From: an uncultured delta proteobacterium
Lineage (GTDB): Bacteria > Desulfobacterota > Desulfobaccia > Desulfobaccales > 0-14-0-80-60-11
Reading direction: 5' to 3'
NCBI GenBank assembly: GCA_963705115.1
Contig: CAVPIX010000016.1
Location: forward strand, 237,365-301,364
DNA length: 64,000 nucleotides
Below the pieces are notes generated by a model that was not told the origin of the DNA, did no database searches, and saw only the letters and a list, made by a program, of their open reading frames with translations. Both the position numbers and the translations under genes were made by a program. How positions within the stretch are numbered: the stretch's first letter is position 1; every line of letters begins with the position of its first letter. Positions 1 through 10,820 of this stretch are shown here, piece after piece.

Positions 1-2361
1 ATTATCGGCCGGGCGTTGCCGGACGTGCGGGACGGCTTGAAGCCCGTGCACCGGCGCATCCTTTTCGCCATGGGGGAGGCGGGCAACGACTATAACCGCC
101 CCTACCGCAAAAGCGCCCGCATCGTGGGGGATGTCATCGGTAAATACCATCCCCACGGCGACATGGCGGTCTATGATGCCGTGGTGCGCATGGCCCAGGA
201 CTTCTCCCTGCGCTACCCCCTGGTGGACGGCCAGGGGAACTTCGGCAGCATCGACGGGGACTCGCCCGCGGCCATGCGGTACACCGAAGTGCGCCTGGCC
301 CGCCAGGCCCACGAGCTTTTGCAGGACCTGGAAAAGGACACGGTGGACTTCGTCCCCAACTATGACGGCTCCATGCAGGAGCCCCTGGTGCTGCCCACCC
401 GCCTCCCCAACCTCCTTATAAACGGCAGCTCGGGCATCGCGGTGGGCATGGCCACCAATATCCCGCCCCACAACCTGGACGAGGTCTGCGAGGCCCTCCT
501 GGCCTACCTCGACAACCCCCAGATCACCCTGCCGGAACTCATGGCCCTCTTGCCCGGGCCGGATTTCCCCACCGGCGCCTATATTTACGGGGCCGAGGGC
601 ATCGCCGAGGCCTATGCCACCGGCAAGGGGCTCCTTAGACTTAGGGCCAAGGTGGCGGTGGAGCACAAAGGCGGCCGGGAGACTCTCGTGGTGCGGGAAC
701 TTCCCTACCAGGTCAACAAGGCCCGCCTCATCGAGCGCATCGCCGAACTGGTCAAGGACAAAAAACTCGAGGGCATCTCGGAGATCCGGGACGAATCCGA
801 CCGGGAAGGCATGCGGGTGGTGATTCAGCTCAAGAAAGACGAACCCGCCCAGACCATCCTGAACCAGCTTTATCTCCACACCCAGATGCAGGTCACCTTC
901 GGCATCAATCTCGTGGCCATTGTGGAGAACCGGCCGGAGCTGTTGAATCTCAGGGATCTCTTGCGCCACTTCCTGGCCCACCGCCGGGAAGTGATTTTGC
1001 GGCGCACCCGCTATGAACTCAAGCAGGCCGAAACCCGGGCCCATATCCTGGCGGGCCTGCTCATCGCTCTTGATCACCTGGACGAAGTCATCAATCTCAT
1101 CCGGTCAGCCCCGGACGCAGCCACCGCCAAAGAACAGTTGATGAACCGGTTCGGCCTGGACGACCTCCAGGCCCAGGCCATCCTGGACATGCGCCTGGCC
1201 CGCCTCACGGGGCTGGAGCGCCAAAAAATCGTGGATGAGGCCAAGGAATTGGAGGCGGCCATTGCCCGCTTCCGCCTGATCTTGTCGGAAGAAGCCCAGG
1301 TCACAGCCCTCATCGCCGAAGAACTGCGGGAACTCAAGGAAAAGTTCGGGGATGCCCGCAGGACCGAAATCATCCCCCAGGCCCAGGACTTCACCGACGA
1401 GGACCTCATCGCCAACGAAGAGATGGTGGTGACCATCAGTCATCGGAACTACATCAAGCGCACCCCCCTGAACATCTACCGCAGCCAGCGCCGGGGTGGC
1501 AAGGGTCGGATGGGCATGTTTACCCGGGAAAACGACTTTGTCTCCCAGCTTTATGTGGCCACCATGCACAGCTATTTCCTGGTGTTCACCAACACAGGCC
1601 GGGTGTTCTGGATTAAAGTCCACGAAATTCCCGCGGGCTCGCCCACGGCCCAGGGCAAGGCCATTGTCAACCTCTTGAACCTGGCCCTGGAAGACAAGCT
1701 GGCCACCATCCTGCCGGTGAAGGAATTTGTGGAAGGGGCCTCCCTGGTCATGGCCACCAAGCAGGGCATCATCAAGAAAACCGAGCTTATGAATTTCTCC
1801 CGGCCCCGCAAGGGCGGCATCATCGCCATCAACATGGACGACGGGGACGAACTGGTGGGAGTGGGCCTGGCCGAGCCCGAGCAGGACATTTTCCTGGGAA
1901 CACGCTCAGGCAAGGTTATCCGTTTCCTCTCCTCCGAGGTCCGGGACATGGGCCGGGCCGCCCGGGGGGTCAAGGGCATCGACGTCTCCGGCAAAGATGC
2001 GGTGGTGAACATGGAGGTGGTCCTGCCCGAGGATATTATCCTCACCGTGACGGAGCGGGGTTTCGGCAAACGGACCCGGGCCGACGCCTACCCCCGGCAC
2101 CACCGGGGCGGCCAGGGGGTGAAAGGACTGCACATCACCTCGAAAAACGGCCCCGTGCTTGATCTGCTGCAGTTGGGGCCGGACGACGAGATTATGCTGG
2201 TCACGGACCGGGGCAAGATTATCCGCATGGCGGCCCAGTCCATCCCCATCGTCGGCCGGGTCACCCAGGGCGTGAAACTCATGGACGCCGAGCCCGAGGA
2301 AAAAGTGGTGAGCGTGGCCAAGGTGGCGGAAAAGGGCGATGACGGCGAAGGCGTCTCCTGA
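1..2361 (+). CDS. gyrA: DNA gyrase subunit A (5' end lies before the window)
   Basis: Frame open from base 1 ([16 protein letters not shown]); YHPHGD, AAMRYTE, GyrA-box QRRGGKG, C-terminal pinwheel repeats. Confidence 0.98.
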   Translation: MIGRALPDVRDGLKPVHRRILFAMGEAGNDYNRPYRKSARIVGDVIGKYHPHGDMAVYDAVVRMAQDFSLRYPLVDGQGNFGSIDGDSPAAMRYTEVRLARQAHELLQDLEKDTVDFVPNYDGSMQEPLVLPTRLPNLLINGSSGIAVGMATNIPPHNLDEVCEALLAYLDNPQITLPELMALLPGPDFPTGAYIYGAEGIAEAYATGKGLLRLRAKVAVEHKGGRETLVVRELPYQVNKARLIERIAELVKDKKLEGISEIRDESDREGMRVVIQLKKDEPAQTILNQLYLHTQMQVTFGINLVAIVENRPELLNLRDLLRHFLAHRREVILRRTRYELKQAETRAHILAGLLIALDHLDEVINLIRSAPDAATAKEQLMNRFGLDDLQAQAILDMRLARLTGLERQKIVDEAKELEAAIARFRLILSEEAQVTALIAEELRELKEKFGDARRTEIIPQAQDFTDEDLIANEEMVVTISHRNYIKRTPLNIYRSQRRGGKGRMGMFTRENDFVSQLYVATMHSYFLVFTNTGRVFWIKVHEIPAGSPTAQGKAIVNLLNLALEDKLATILPVKEFVEGASLVMATKQGIIKKTELMNFSRPRKGGIIAINMDDGDELVGVGLAEPEQDIFLGTRSGKVIRFLSSEVRDMGRAARGVKGIDVSGKDAVVNMEVVLPEDIILTVTERGFGKRTRADAYPRHHRGGQGVKGLHITSKNGPVLDLLQLGPDDEIMLVTDRGKIIRMAAQSIPIVGRVTQGVKLMDAEPEEKVVSVAKVAEKGDDGEGVS

Positions 2362-3389
2362 AACCCCAAAGCCTCCGGTTCTGGCGGTTATCGGCGCCGG
2401 CAGCTGGGGCACCGCCCTGGCCCAGCTTTTGGGGGAAAAAGGCCACACCGTCCGCCTGTGGGTGTTCGAGCCGGAAGTTTTCCAGGGATTGTCCCGAGAC
2501 CGCCTTAATGCCACCTTTCTCCCGGACGTCCGCCTTTCTTCCCACATCAGTTTCACCCAGGATTTTGGGGAGGCCGTCGCCGGGGCCGAGGTCATGGTCA
2601 TGGCCGTGCCCTCCCATGTCTTCCGGCAAATACTGGGGCAACCTGGCCCCCCATCTGCAACCTGGGGCGGTGCTGCTCTCCGCCACCAAAGGCATCGAAA
2701 CCGAGACGCTGCTCACCATGGACGGCGTGGCCCGGGAGGTCCTGGGGGCCGAGGCGCCTTATGCGGTTCTGGGGGGACCCAGCTTCGCCCGGGAAGTGGC
2801 GGAGAAATTACCCACTGCGGTGACCATCGCCTGCCGGGACAGCAAGGTGGCCCTGCGCCTGCAGCGCTTGTTTTCCACTTCCTATTTCCGGGTCTATACG
2901 AGCTATGATGTCACCGGCGTGGAATTGGGGGGCGCCCTCAAAAATATTTTCGCCATCGGCACCGGCATTCTGGAAGGCATGGGGCTCAGGGACAATTCCC
3001 GGGCGGCCCTCATCACCCGGGGCCTGGCGGAAATGACCCGCCTGGGCCTGCGCCTTGGGGCCAATCCCATGACCCTGGCCGGTTTGGGAGGCCTGGGAGA
3101 CCTGGTCCTCACCTGCTCTTCCCGCCAGAGCCGCAATTTCCAGGTGGGATTGCGCCTGGGGCAGGGGGAGAGCCTGGCTCATATCCTGGGCGGCACTCAG
3201 ATGGTGGCCGAAGGGGTGAAAAACGCCCAGGCCTTTCACCTGCTGGCCCAGCGCCTGGGGGTGGACATGCCCCTGGTGGAGGCGGTTTACCACATAATTT
3301 ATGAGGGTTTGGCCCCGAAAGAAGCCATCAAAAAGCTCATGAGCCGGGAGCTCAAAAACGAACTGGAGGCCATGAAAGAGACCTGGTAG
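2339..3389 (+). CDS. gpsA: NAD(P)H-dependent glycerol-3-phosphate dehydrogenase; +1 frameshift in G-run near 2637 (probable sequencing error)
   Basis: [10 protein letters not shown] in ORF 2339; [33 protein letters not shown] in ORF 2508. Confidence 0.95.
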
Positions 3390-3521
3390 GGCCGGGGAGA
3401 GATGATCCCTGCTTGTGCAATAGGTCCCGGCGTCCGATAAGGTTTTTGCCTCGCAGCACATTTGTACCGGTCACTAAATGGGGCAAGGGGTTGTTGCCCT
3501 ACCCCCAGGGGGAATTCATAT

Positions 3522-4901
3522 ATGGGTAAAGGCGAAGTCATCACCGTCAAGGACGAACGACCCTTTGTTTTTGATCATTTCGATACCTCCATACCCGCTT
3601 TGGGGGAGCCCAAGGTTGACTCTCCCATCAAAAGCATCCCGTTGTTCACCAGGAACGGCAAGCTGGTGGAAAAAAGCTTCGTGGATGATGAGGAAAAGAT
3701 CCTGGTGTATGACACCGTGGAATACCTGGAACAACTGCCAGCCGGAGAGCAGCCCCTGGCTTTCGAACTGGCCGGCCCCCGGGCCAAGATTTTCTTTGAT
3801 TCCTCGAAGGTGCACTGCGCCATCGCCACCTGCGGGGGCCTGTGCCCCGGCACCAATGACGTTATCCGGGCCATCGTCCTGGAACTGCACCATCTTTACA
3901 ATGTGCGCCACATTTACGGGGTGCGCTACGGCTTTCAGGGCTTTATCCCCCGCCATGGCCACGACCTCATGCGACTCACTCCCGATGAGGTGGCCGACAT
4001 TCACAATTACGGCGGCACCATTCTGTCTTCCTCCCGGGGGAGCCAGGACATCGAGGAAATCGTCGACGCCCTGGAACGGTTGAATCTCAGCGTCATCTTC
4101 CTCATCGGCGGGGACGGCACCCTGCGGGCGGCGCACCGCATCAGCGAGGAAATCGCCCGGCGGGAACTCAAGAAAAACGTCATCGTCATCCCCAAAACCA
4201 TTGATAACGACATCCCCCTGGTGTCCCGGTCCTTCGGCTTCGACACCGCGGTGGAAATGGCCACCGACGCCATCCGGGCGGCGCACACCGAGGCCCTGGG
4301 CGCGCCCAACGGCATCGGCTTGGTGAAGCTCATGGGCCGCTATGCCGGCTTCGTGGCCGCCAACGCCGCCCTGGCCCTGCGGGAAGTGAACTTTGTTCTC
4401 ATCCCCGAGTCCGACTTCGACATGGACGGGGAGCAGGGCTTGCTGGCCTGCCTGGAAGACCGTCTCAAACAGCGAGGCCACGCCGTCATCCTGGCGGCCG
4501 AAGGCGCGGGGCAAAAATTTTTCAAGGAAGAGGATTTGCCCAGGGATCCCTCGGGGAATATTAAACCCGGGGACATCGGCGTTTACCTGGCGGACCACAT
4601 CAGGCAGCACCTGTGCTCTAAAAATATTGAGGTCAATCTGAAATACATCGACCCGAGCTACATGATCAGGAGCATGCCGGCCAATTACAACGACCGCATC
4701 TACTGCGGTTTTCTGGGGCAAAACGCAGTGCACGCCGGCATGGCTGGCAAAACCGCCATGCTGGTCTCCCGCTGGCACGGCCATTTTGTCCACGTGCCCA
4801 TCAAGGCCACCGTGGGCAAGACCAAGGAAGTGGACCTGGACTCCCCCCTGTGGCGCAGTGTTTTGGAGTCCACCGGCCAGCCGCCGTTGAAGAATGCGTA
4901 A
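3522..4901 (+). CDS. pfkA: 6-phosphofructokinase (group X/long, probably ATP-dependent)
   Basis: TCGGLCPG, GGTILSSSRG, GGDGT, PKTIDND, KLMGR, YIDPSYMIRS motifs. Confidence 0.9.
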   Translation: MGKGEVITVKDERPFVFDHFDTSIPALGEPKVDSPIKSIPLFTRNGKLVEKSFVDDEEKILVYDTVEYLEQLPAGEQPLAFELAGPRAKIFFDSSKVHCAIATCGGLCPGTNDVIRAIVLELHHLYNVRHIYGVRYGFQGFIPRHGHDLMRLTPDEVADIHNYGGTILSSSRGSQDIEEIVDALERLNLSVIFLIGGDGTLRAAHRISEEIARRELKKNVIVIPKTIDNDIPLVSRSFGFDTAVEMATDAIRAAHTEALGAPNGIGLVKLMGRYAGFVAANAALALREVNFVLIPESDFDMDGEQGLLACLEDRLKQRGHAVILAAEGAGQKFFKEEDLPRDPSGNIKPGDIGVYLADHIRQHLCSKNIEVNLKYIDPSYMIRSMPANYNDRIYCGFLGQNAVHAGMAGKTAMLVSRWHGHFVHVPIKATVGKTKEVDLDSPLWRSVLESTGQPPLKNA

Positions 4902-4904
4902 TCA

Positions 4905-5354
4905 GTGAGCAGTGAGCAGTTATCAGATCACTGCCAAGAACGGGAGCATCTCGTGCAGGATATGAACAAGCACCCGGTATTCTCTTGCCGTCAGTGCGGC
5001 GAGTGCTGCCGGGGGGAAAAGGGCATTCTCGTGACTCCGGCTGAGCTTGAGGCCATGGCCGCGTACCTGAGCCTCCCCACGGCAGAGTTTGCGGCCCGGT
5101 ACCTGGTGGACACCGCCATGGGCCCGCAGATGGCCACCCGGAAAGGCTCCTGCGTCATGCAGCAGGACGAGCTCTGCCTGGTGCACCCGGTGAAACCCCG
5201 CATCTGCCGGGAGTGGCCCTTTCTTAAGGCCCTTATGGACCATGCCGATGAATTCGCCGCGGCCAAAGAGGCCTGCCCGGGTTTGGCCGCTGAAGCCAGC
5301 CACGCGGAATTTGTCAAGGAAGCGGGGGAACAGGCTGTAAGCTATAAGCTCTAA
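4905..5354 (+). CDS. YkgJ-family Cys-cluster (Zn/Fe-chelating) protein
   Basis: CRQCGECC...C...C..HPVKP.ICREWPF...CPG pattern; start could be ATG 4962. Confidence 0.85.
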   Translation: MSSEQLSDHCQEREHLVQDMNKHPVFSCRQCGECCRGEKGILVTPAELEAMAAYLSLPTAEFAARYLVDTAMGPQMATRKGSCVMQQDELCLVHPVKPRICREWPFLKALMDHADEFAAAKEACPGLAAEASHAEFVKEAGEQAVSYKL

Positions 5355-5485
5355 CAGAGAAATAGGGTGGCGCCGCCTGATGGCATGTTTAAAGCCTCGT
5401 TCCCAAGTACAACTTGGGAACGAGTAAAAAAGATTAAAAAAGGTGGGGTGGGCGTCCCTGTCCGCCAACAACCAGATTTCATCCA

Positions 5486-5614
5486 GAGACTTCTGCGAAA
5501 ATCATGGTGAACCGCCGCCCTTGGGCTGTATTTTGCCGGCGAGGGCGTCTGCTCTGCATCATAGCGCTTATAAAGAAACTTGTGGGATGAGGAAAGGATT
5601 TTCGCGGAGGCCTC
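5486..5614. mobile_element. MITE-like element with GAGAC(C/T)TCTGCGAAAATC terminal inverted repeats
   Basis: gagacttctgcgaaaatc ... gattttcgcggaggcctc; same ends at 26835-26962. Confidence 0.5.
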
Positions 5615-5744
5615 ACCCACTATGCGGCTCAAAACTCGAACCTTCCCATACCATTAAAATTTCTCAAAGTCCTCACGAGTCTCTTTCCTTTTCCATGAAA
5701 ATCCGGTACTAACACAGAAATCATTGCAGAGAATCGAGAGGCTC

Positions 5745-6515
5745 ATGATCAGACACCGCATTTCCTGGGGTTTCCTTGTTCTGCTGGCCGTCATCTTCAT
5801 TGCCGGGACCGCGGGGGCGCAAACCGCCCCCCCAAAGGACGCCGCCGAGAAGGCCTTCACAGAAGGCCTGGCCGCTCTCCAGGCCGGCAATGGCGCCCAG
5901 GCGGAGGCGCACTTCACGGAGGCCTTAAAGCTCGAAGAGGATTGGGCGGAGGCCTACGTTAACCGGGGCCAGGCCTTTGTCCTCCAGGGCAACTTGGACA
6001 AGGCCGTACAGGATTTCACCAAAGCCCTGGCCCTGGAGCCCGACTCATACGAGGCCTATTACAACCGGGGCCGGGTTTACACCAAACTGGACCAGCCGGC
6101 TAAAGCCATAACGGACTACACCCAGGCCCTGCAGCTCAAAAAAGACGACTGGCAGTTATATTACAACCGGGGGAACGCCTATTTGGACGCGGAGAAATAT
6201 CCGGAGGCCCTGAAGGACTACGAACAGGCCTTGAAACTGAACCCCAAAAATCCGGAAATCATCCACAACCGGGGACTGGCCCGCCTTTACACGGACAAGG
6301 CCGCGGCCGCCCTGGAGGACTTCAACCAGGCGCTGAGCCTTGACCCCAACTTCGTCCGGGCCCAGTACAACCGGGGCCGGGCCCTGGAGATGCTGGGACG
6401 CCTGCCCGAAGCCCGGGGGGCCTACCGGACCTTCCTCCAGGCCGCCAACCCGGTTGCCGACAAACCCCTGATTGAAAGAGCCCTGGCCCATTTGAAGGAA
6501 ATAAAGGAAAAATAG
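5745..6515 (+). CDS. Exported tetratricopeptide-repeat protein
   Basis: Signal peptide followed by repeated AYxNRG...A..DF..AL.L.P units. Confidence 0.9.
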   Translation: MIRHRISWGFLVLLAVIFIAGTAGAQTAPPKDAAEKAFTEGLAALQAGNGAQAEAHFTEALKLEEDWAEAYVNRGQAFVLQGNLDKAVQDFTKALALEPDSYEAYYNRGRVYTKLDQPAKAITDYTQALQLKKDDWQLYYNRGNAYLDAEKYPEALKDYEQALKLNPKNPEIIHNRGLARLYTDKAAAALEDFNQALSLDPNFVRAQYNRGRALEMLGRLPEARGAYRTFLQAANPVADKPLIERALAHLKEIKEK

Positions 6516-6581
6516 CTTTCGTTCGGAAAAATGACGAATCCTCCTGGCCCAGAAGCGGCTGGCAACATTTTTGACAGAACT

Positions 6582-8108
6582 ATGGCTTTTTACGTTACGA
6601 CTCCCATCTATTACGTCAATGCCGAGCCCCACCTGGGGCATGCTTACACCACCATCGTGGCGGACTCTCTGGCCCGCTTCCACCGGCTCATGGGCGAGGA
6701 AACCCGCTTTCAGACCGGCACCGACGAGCACGGCGACAAGGTCATGGAGGCCGCCCACAAAGCCGGCCTGCCGGTGAAGGACTTCGTGGACCGCATCAGC
6801 GGCAAGTTCCGCCAGACCTGGGATAATCTCGGCATCAGCTACGATTTTTTCGTGCGCACCACCCTGCCCGCGCACGTGCGGGTGGTGCAGGACATCCTGA
6901 GCAAACTTCACGCCCAGGGCGACATCTATTTCGGGGAATACGGCGGTCTCTATTGTTTCGGGTGCGAACGCTTCTACCTGGAACGGGAGCTGGAAGACGG
7001 CAAATGCCCCGACCACCAGACGCCCCCCACCTTCATCAAGGAAGAGAACTACTTTTTTCGCATGAGCCGCCACCAGGAATGGCTCATCGGCTTCATCGAG
7101 GACTATCCTGACTGGATCAGGCCCGAACGCTATAAAAACGAAGTCCTGGGCTTTTTGAGGGAACCACTGGAAGACCTGTGCATTTCCCGGCCCAAGCAGC
7201 GCCTGGAATGGGGCATCACCCTCCCCTTTGACGAACGCTACGTGGCCTATGTCTGGTTCGACGCGCTTCTCAATTATTTGACGGGCCTGGACTACCCCGA
7301 CGGGATTAATTTCGGCAAATTCTGGCCCGCAGTTCATCACCTCATCGCCAAGGACATCCTAAAACCCCACGCCATTTATTGGCCCACCATGCTCAAGGCC
7401 GCGGGGATTGATCCCTTCCGGCAACTTAATGTCCACGGCTACTGGCAGATCGCGGCAGGCAAGATGTCCAAGAGTCTGGGAAACGTGGTGGAGCCCCAGG
7501 CCCTCGTGGATACCTACGGCCTGGACCAGGTGCGCTACTTTTTCCTGCGGGAGATGGTTTACGGCCTGGACGCCACCTTCAGCGAAGACGCCTTGCACAC
7601 CCGCATCAATGCTGATTTGGCCAATGATCTGGGGAATCTCTTCGCCCGCAGTCTGGGAATGGCCTTTAAATACCGCCAGGGCATCGTGCCCGCGCCGGGC
7701 GATATTGCGGCGGAGGATCAGGAAGTGGCGGCCCTGGCTGCACAGGTGGGTGCGGACTTCCTGAGGCTTTTCCCGGACATGGAATTTTCCAAGGCCCTGG
7801 CCCGGGTCTGGGAGCTGGTGGGACATCTCAACCGCTATATTGTGGCCGCCGCACCCTGGGAGTTGGCCAAGGACCCCGCGGCGCAACCCCGCTTGGACAC
7901 GGTCCTCTATCATCTCTTGGAGGGACTCCGGTGGCTGGCAACGCTCTTAAGGCCCGTGCTGCCCGGCAGCAGCGGGAAAATGGCGGAGCAGTTGGGGTTG
8001 GAGGCTTCTGCCTGGGAGCGGCCCTTCCCTGAGGCCTTGAGATGGGGTGGACTGACCCCGGCGAGCACCCTGAAAAAGGGCCAGGCTCTGTTTCCCCGGC
8101 TGGAATAA
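6582..8108 (+). CDS. metG: Methionyl-tRNA synthetase (short form, no C-terminal tRNA-binding domain)
   Basis: TTPIYYVN..PHLGH, GTDEHG, Zn knuckle, YVWFDAL, KMSKSLGN, ends LFPRLE. Confidence 0.97.
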   Translation: MAFYVTTPIYYVNAEPHLGHAYTTIVADSLARFHRLMGEETRFQTGTDEHGDKVMEAAHKAGLPVKDFVDRISGKFRQTWDNLGISYDFFVRTTLPAHVRVVQDILSKLHAQGDIYFGEYGGLYCFGCERFYLERELEDGKCPDHQTPPTFIKEENYFFRMSRHQEWLIGFIEDYPDWIRPERYKNEVLGFLREPLEDLCISRPKQRLEWGITLPFDERYVAYVWFDALLNYLTGLDYPDGINFGKFWPAVHHLIAKDILKPHAIYWPTMLKAAGIDPFRQLNVHGYWQIAAGKMSKSLGNVVEPQALVDTYGLDQVRYFFLREMVYGLDATFSEDALHTRINADLANDLGNLFARSLGMAFKYRQGIVPAPGDIAAEDQEVAALAAQVGADFLRLFPDMEFSKALARVWELVGHLNRYIVAAAPWELAKDPAAQPRLDTVLYHLLEGLRWLATLLRPVLPGSSGKMAEQLGLEASAWERPFPEALRWGGLTPASTLKKGQALFPRLE

Positions 8109-8117
8109 GAAATTTCG

Positions 8118-8378
8118 ATTATGCCCTTTGCTCCACAAAAGGCAAAATCTAAGCTTAGCGGGGGAGGGGGCTAAGGGGCAGTGGCCCCTTACCCCCTCCC
8201 CCGCACCCCCTCCCCCAATCCCCTGAGGTGAGTAGTTTTCCGAGAAAGTCGGGGCCATGGGTCCCGCCTTTCTCGGACCCCCTGTGGGTTGGGAGGGGGG
8301 CGTGGGGGGAGGGCAGGGACCTCAGGTCCCTGCCCTCCCCCCACTAAAAAGATTCACTTTGCGGAGCAAAGGGAATTA
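8118..8378. repeat. Composite nested palindromic repeat (REP/REPIN-like)
   Basis: Outer ccctttgctcc(a/g)caaaag / ctttgcggagcaaaggg arms enclosing G/C-rich hairpins; close copies at 10533-10806 and 63786-63975, partial copies at 11942, 17290, 26205, 52795, 61720. Confidence 0.85.
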
Positions 8379-8410
8379 CCGATAGAAAATTCTCACCATC
8401 CACCCAGCCC

Positions 8411-9559
8411 ATGAGCGCACCCCCCCCCAGCCGCTGGCGCCGGTTTAGCCTGCAACTGCTGACCATGGCCGGCGGCCTGCTGGCGGCTTTGCTGCTCCTG
8501 GAAATTCTCCTTAATTTTCTCGACCCCGGCCGCCTCTACCGCACCCCGGATGACATGCTGGCCACCTTTAATTACCGCTTGGGCCACGGCCTCTATAAGC
8601 CCAACCGCCAGGGTGAGATGTTCATCCCCTTCGGCGATTTGGCGGCCATAGACCCCAAAGCCGGGGCAGCCATCGCCGAACCCCGCCTGGTACGCTATCA
8701 CACCGACGCTCTGGGCTTTCGCAATGACTCGAATTATGTGAATGCCAAGGTGCTGCTGGTGGGGGATTCCTTCATCGCCGGCAGCGGCAGCACCCAGACG
8801 GACCTACTCAGCGCCCAACTCCAGCGGGACTACGGCATCCCCGCCTATAACCTGGCCTTCCCCGGAGAGCTGCACAGCTACGCCCGTTATATCCAGGGCT
8901 TTTTCGAGACCCACAGGAGCGACGCCAAGGCCCTGATATTTCTGTTCGAGGGCAATGACTTCCCTGTGCCCAAGCCCGGGCGCGCCGGGCAACCCAAACC
9001 GGGCGACCCAGCAGCCCCCTCAACCCTGGAGATCGCCCGCAAAGAGCTGCAGCAGTCCCTCAAGGAACTCCTGGTGTACCGCTACGCCTTTTCTCTTTAC
9101 CATCTGCTCCAGAGCAGGTTCAGGCCGGAGACCTACGGCAAAGTGCTGGTGAAAAAATTGCAGGGGCCAGGGGACATGTATATGGGGTTTCTCAATGAAT
9201 ATGCGGCCGTGACCCGGCGGGCCGCATATGACGGCGGGGAGGAGTTCTTACCAAAACTGGCCCGCATCAAGGACCGACTGGGGGGAATTTTTTTTATTCC
9301 CACAAAGTACCGAGTTTATTATAACTTATTAGAGGGAGAGGCTGGACCGCCCCTGCCCGAGGCCCAGTGGGAGTTCCTGGAGGATCAGGCCCGCCGGTTG
9401 GGCATCATGTGCGTCAATCTCACCGGTCCCCTTCAGGAAGAATCCCGGCGGCTCCTCCCTGAGGGCAAACTGACCTTCTGGAAAGACGACAGCCACTGGA
9501 ACCGCTACGGCATGGGGGTGGCGGCCCGGCAGGTTAAGGCTTTCTTGCAGGAACAGTAG
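8411..9559 (+). CDS. Membrane-anchored SGNH-hydrolase-like protein (AlgX/AlgJ-type O-acetyltransferase-like)
   Basis: N-terminal TM helix, GFRN, GDSF nucleophile motif, EGND, D-S-H-W-N motif. Confidence 0.7.
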   Translation: MSAPPPSRWRRFSLQLLTMAGGLLAALLLLEILLNFLDPGRLYRTPDDMLATFNYRLGHGLYKPNRQGEMFIPFGDLAAIDPKAGAAIAEPRLVRYHTDALGFRNDSNYVNAKVLLVGDSFIAGSGSTQTDLLSAQLQRDYGIPAYNLAFPGELHSYARYIQGFFETHRSDAKALIFLFEGNDFPVPKPGRAGQPKPGDPAAPSTLEIARKELQQSLKELLVYRYAFSLYHLLQSRFRPETYGKVLVKKLQGPGDMYMGFLNEYAAVTRRAAYDGGEEFLPKLARIKDRLGGIFFIPTKYRVYYNLLEGEAGPPLPEAQWEFLEDQARRLGIMCVNLTGPLQEESRRLLPEGKLTFWKDDSHWNRYGMGVAARQVKAFLQEQ

Positions 9560-9729
9560 GGCGGTTTTCGGTGAACTAGTTTAAACTTATAAAAAAGTCC
9601 CCCTTTGCTCAAAGGGGATTAAGGCAGTAGTGTCCGGTAGGCCTTCGGCATATGGCGCTACACCTGAAAAAGAAGAAAATGTAGTCGCAAGGCTCAGCAC
9701 AGCATTTCATAGGGACAATAACATTTAAT

Positions 9730-9810
9730 GCTGTCATTCTGAGCCGCCAAAGGCGGCGAAGAATCTCAAATCATAAACGGAGACTCTTCGCCTTCGGCTC
9801 AGGGTGACAC
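9730..9810. repeat. Inverted pair of TGTCA(T)TCTGAG-type REP hairpins
   Basis: tgtcattctgagccgcc...gaatctc / gagactcttcgccttcggctcagggtgaca; related pairs at 12669-12739 and 26858-26937. Confidence 0.75.
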
Positions 9811-9956
9811 AAAATACCTTGGCGAAGTTATGAAGTGTCGTACTAAGCCTCCCGCCGGCACAGTCGGGACGCCTGCGTCACCAGGGATTTCTTTCCTTGG
9901 TGAACTCTCTGGTCATGGGCGGGTCTTATTTCTTTAGGATGGGGAAGCCACCATTG

Positions 9957-10521
9957 ATGAAACCGCACATCAGCTGGCAGGTTGCGGTCATGGTCGCCCT
10001 GGCGGCCGCCCTGTTTGTAGGAGGCTGCGGCAAGGGTCGCAAAATGCCGGTGGCACCGCCCCCGCCTCCGATCCCGGCCCCGCCGGCGCCCCCGGAATCG
10101 GCCCTGGAGCGGGCCCTGGTTGAATTTTACCGGCGCGCCTTACCGTTCCGGCGGCACCTCCCCCGCGGGGGTGGACTGCTCCGGCCTGGTGGTGGCGGCC
10201 TTTCAGCGGGTAGGAAAATCTGTCCCCCGCACCGCGGCTCAGCAATACACCTTGGGGCAGCCAGTCCCCCGGGCCGGGCTGCGCTTCGGGGACGTGGTCT
10301 TTTTCAACCGGTATTGCCAACTGGGCAAGTCCGGCCCTTATATGGCCAGTATGCTCTCCCCGGCTTATGTCTCCCAGATCTGCCACAACGGCATCTACCT
10401 GGGGCACGGACGCTTCATCCACGCCTCACCCCACGGGGTGGAGATCAGCAACCTAAACGACGAGGTCTGGCGCGCCTCCTTTATCGGCGCCCGAAGGTTC
10501 TTTCCGGGGGAAGTGCCATAA
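9957..10521 (+). CDS. NlpC/P60 (C40 peptidase) lipoprotein; +1 frameshift near 10130
   Basis: Lipobox LFVGGC and Pro-rich linker; then GAPYRSGG..GVDCSG, GDVVFF, HNGIYLG..FIHAS in the next frame. Confidence 0.88.
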
Positions 10522-10532
10522 TATCTTTACGA

Positions 10533-10806
10533 TTATGTCCTTAACTTATGTCCTTTGCTCCGCAAAAGACATAATCGTAGATTAGCGGAGGAGGGGGGTA
10601 AGGGCCGGTGGGCCCTTACCCCCTCCCCGGCACCCCCTCCCCCAATCCTTTGTGGGGAGTTTTTCCCGAGAAAGTCGGGGTCGCCCCGCCTTTCTCGGGC
10701 CTTCTGCGGGTTGGGAGGGGGGTGTGGGGGGAGGGCAGGGACCTCAGGTCCCTGGCCCTCCCCCCACTGAAATTTCTCTATTCCCTTTGCAGGGCAAAGG
10801 GAATAG
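10533..10806. repeat. Composite nested palindromic repeat, copy 2
   Basis: Colinear similarity to 8118-8378. Confidence 0.85.
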
Positions 10807-10820
10807 CCGGTATCTTTTTT

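Noticed and set aside
10608-10820. N-terminal extension of the histidine kinase
   Set aside because: It is translated repeat DNA; ATG 10821 is the more plausible start.
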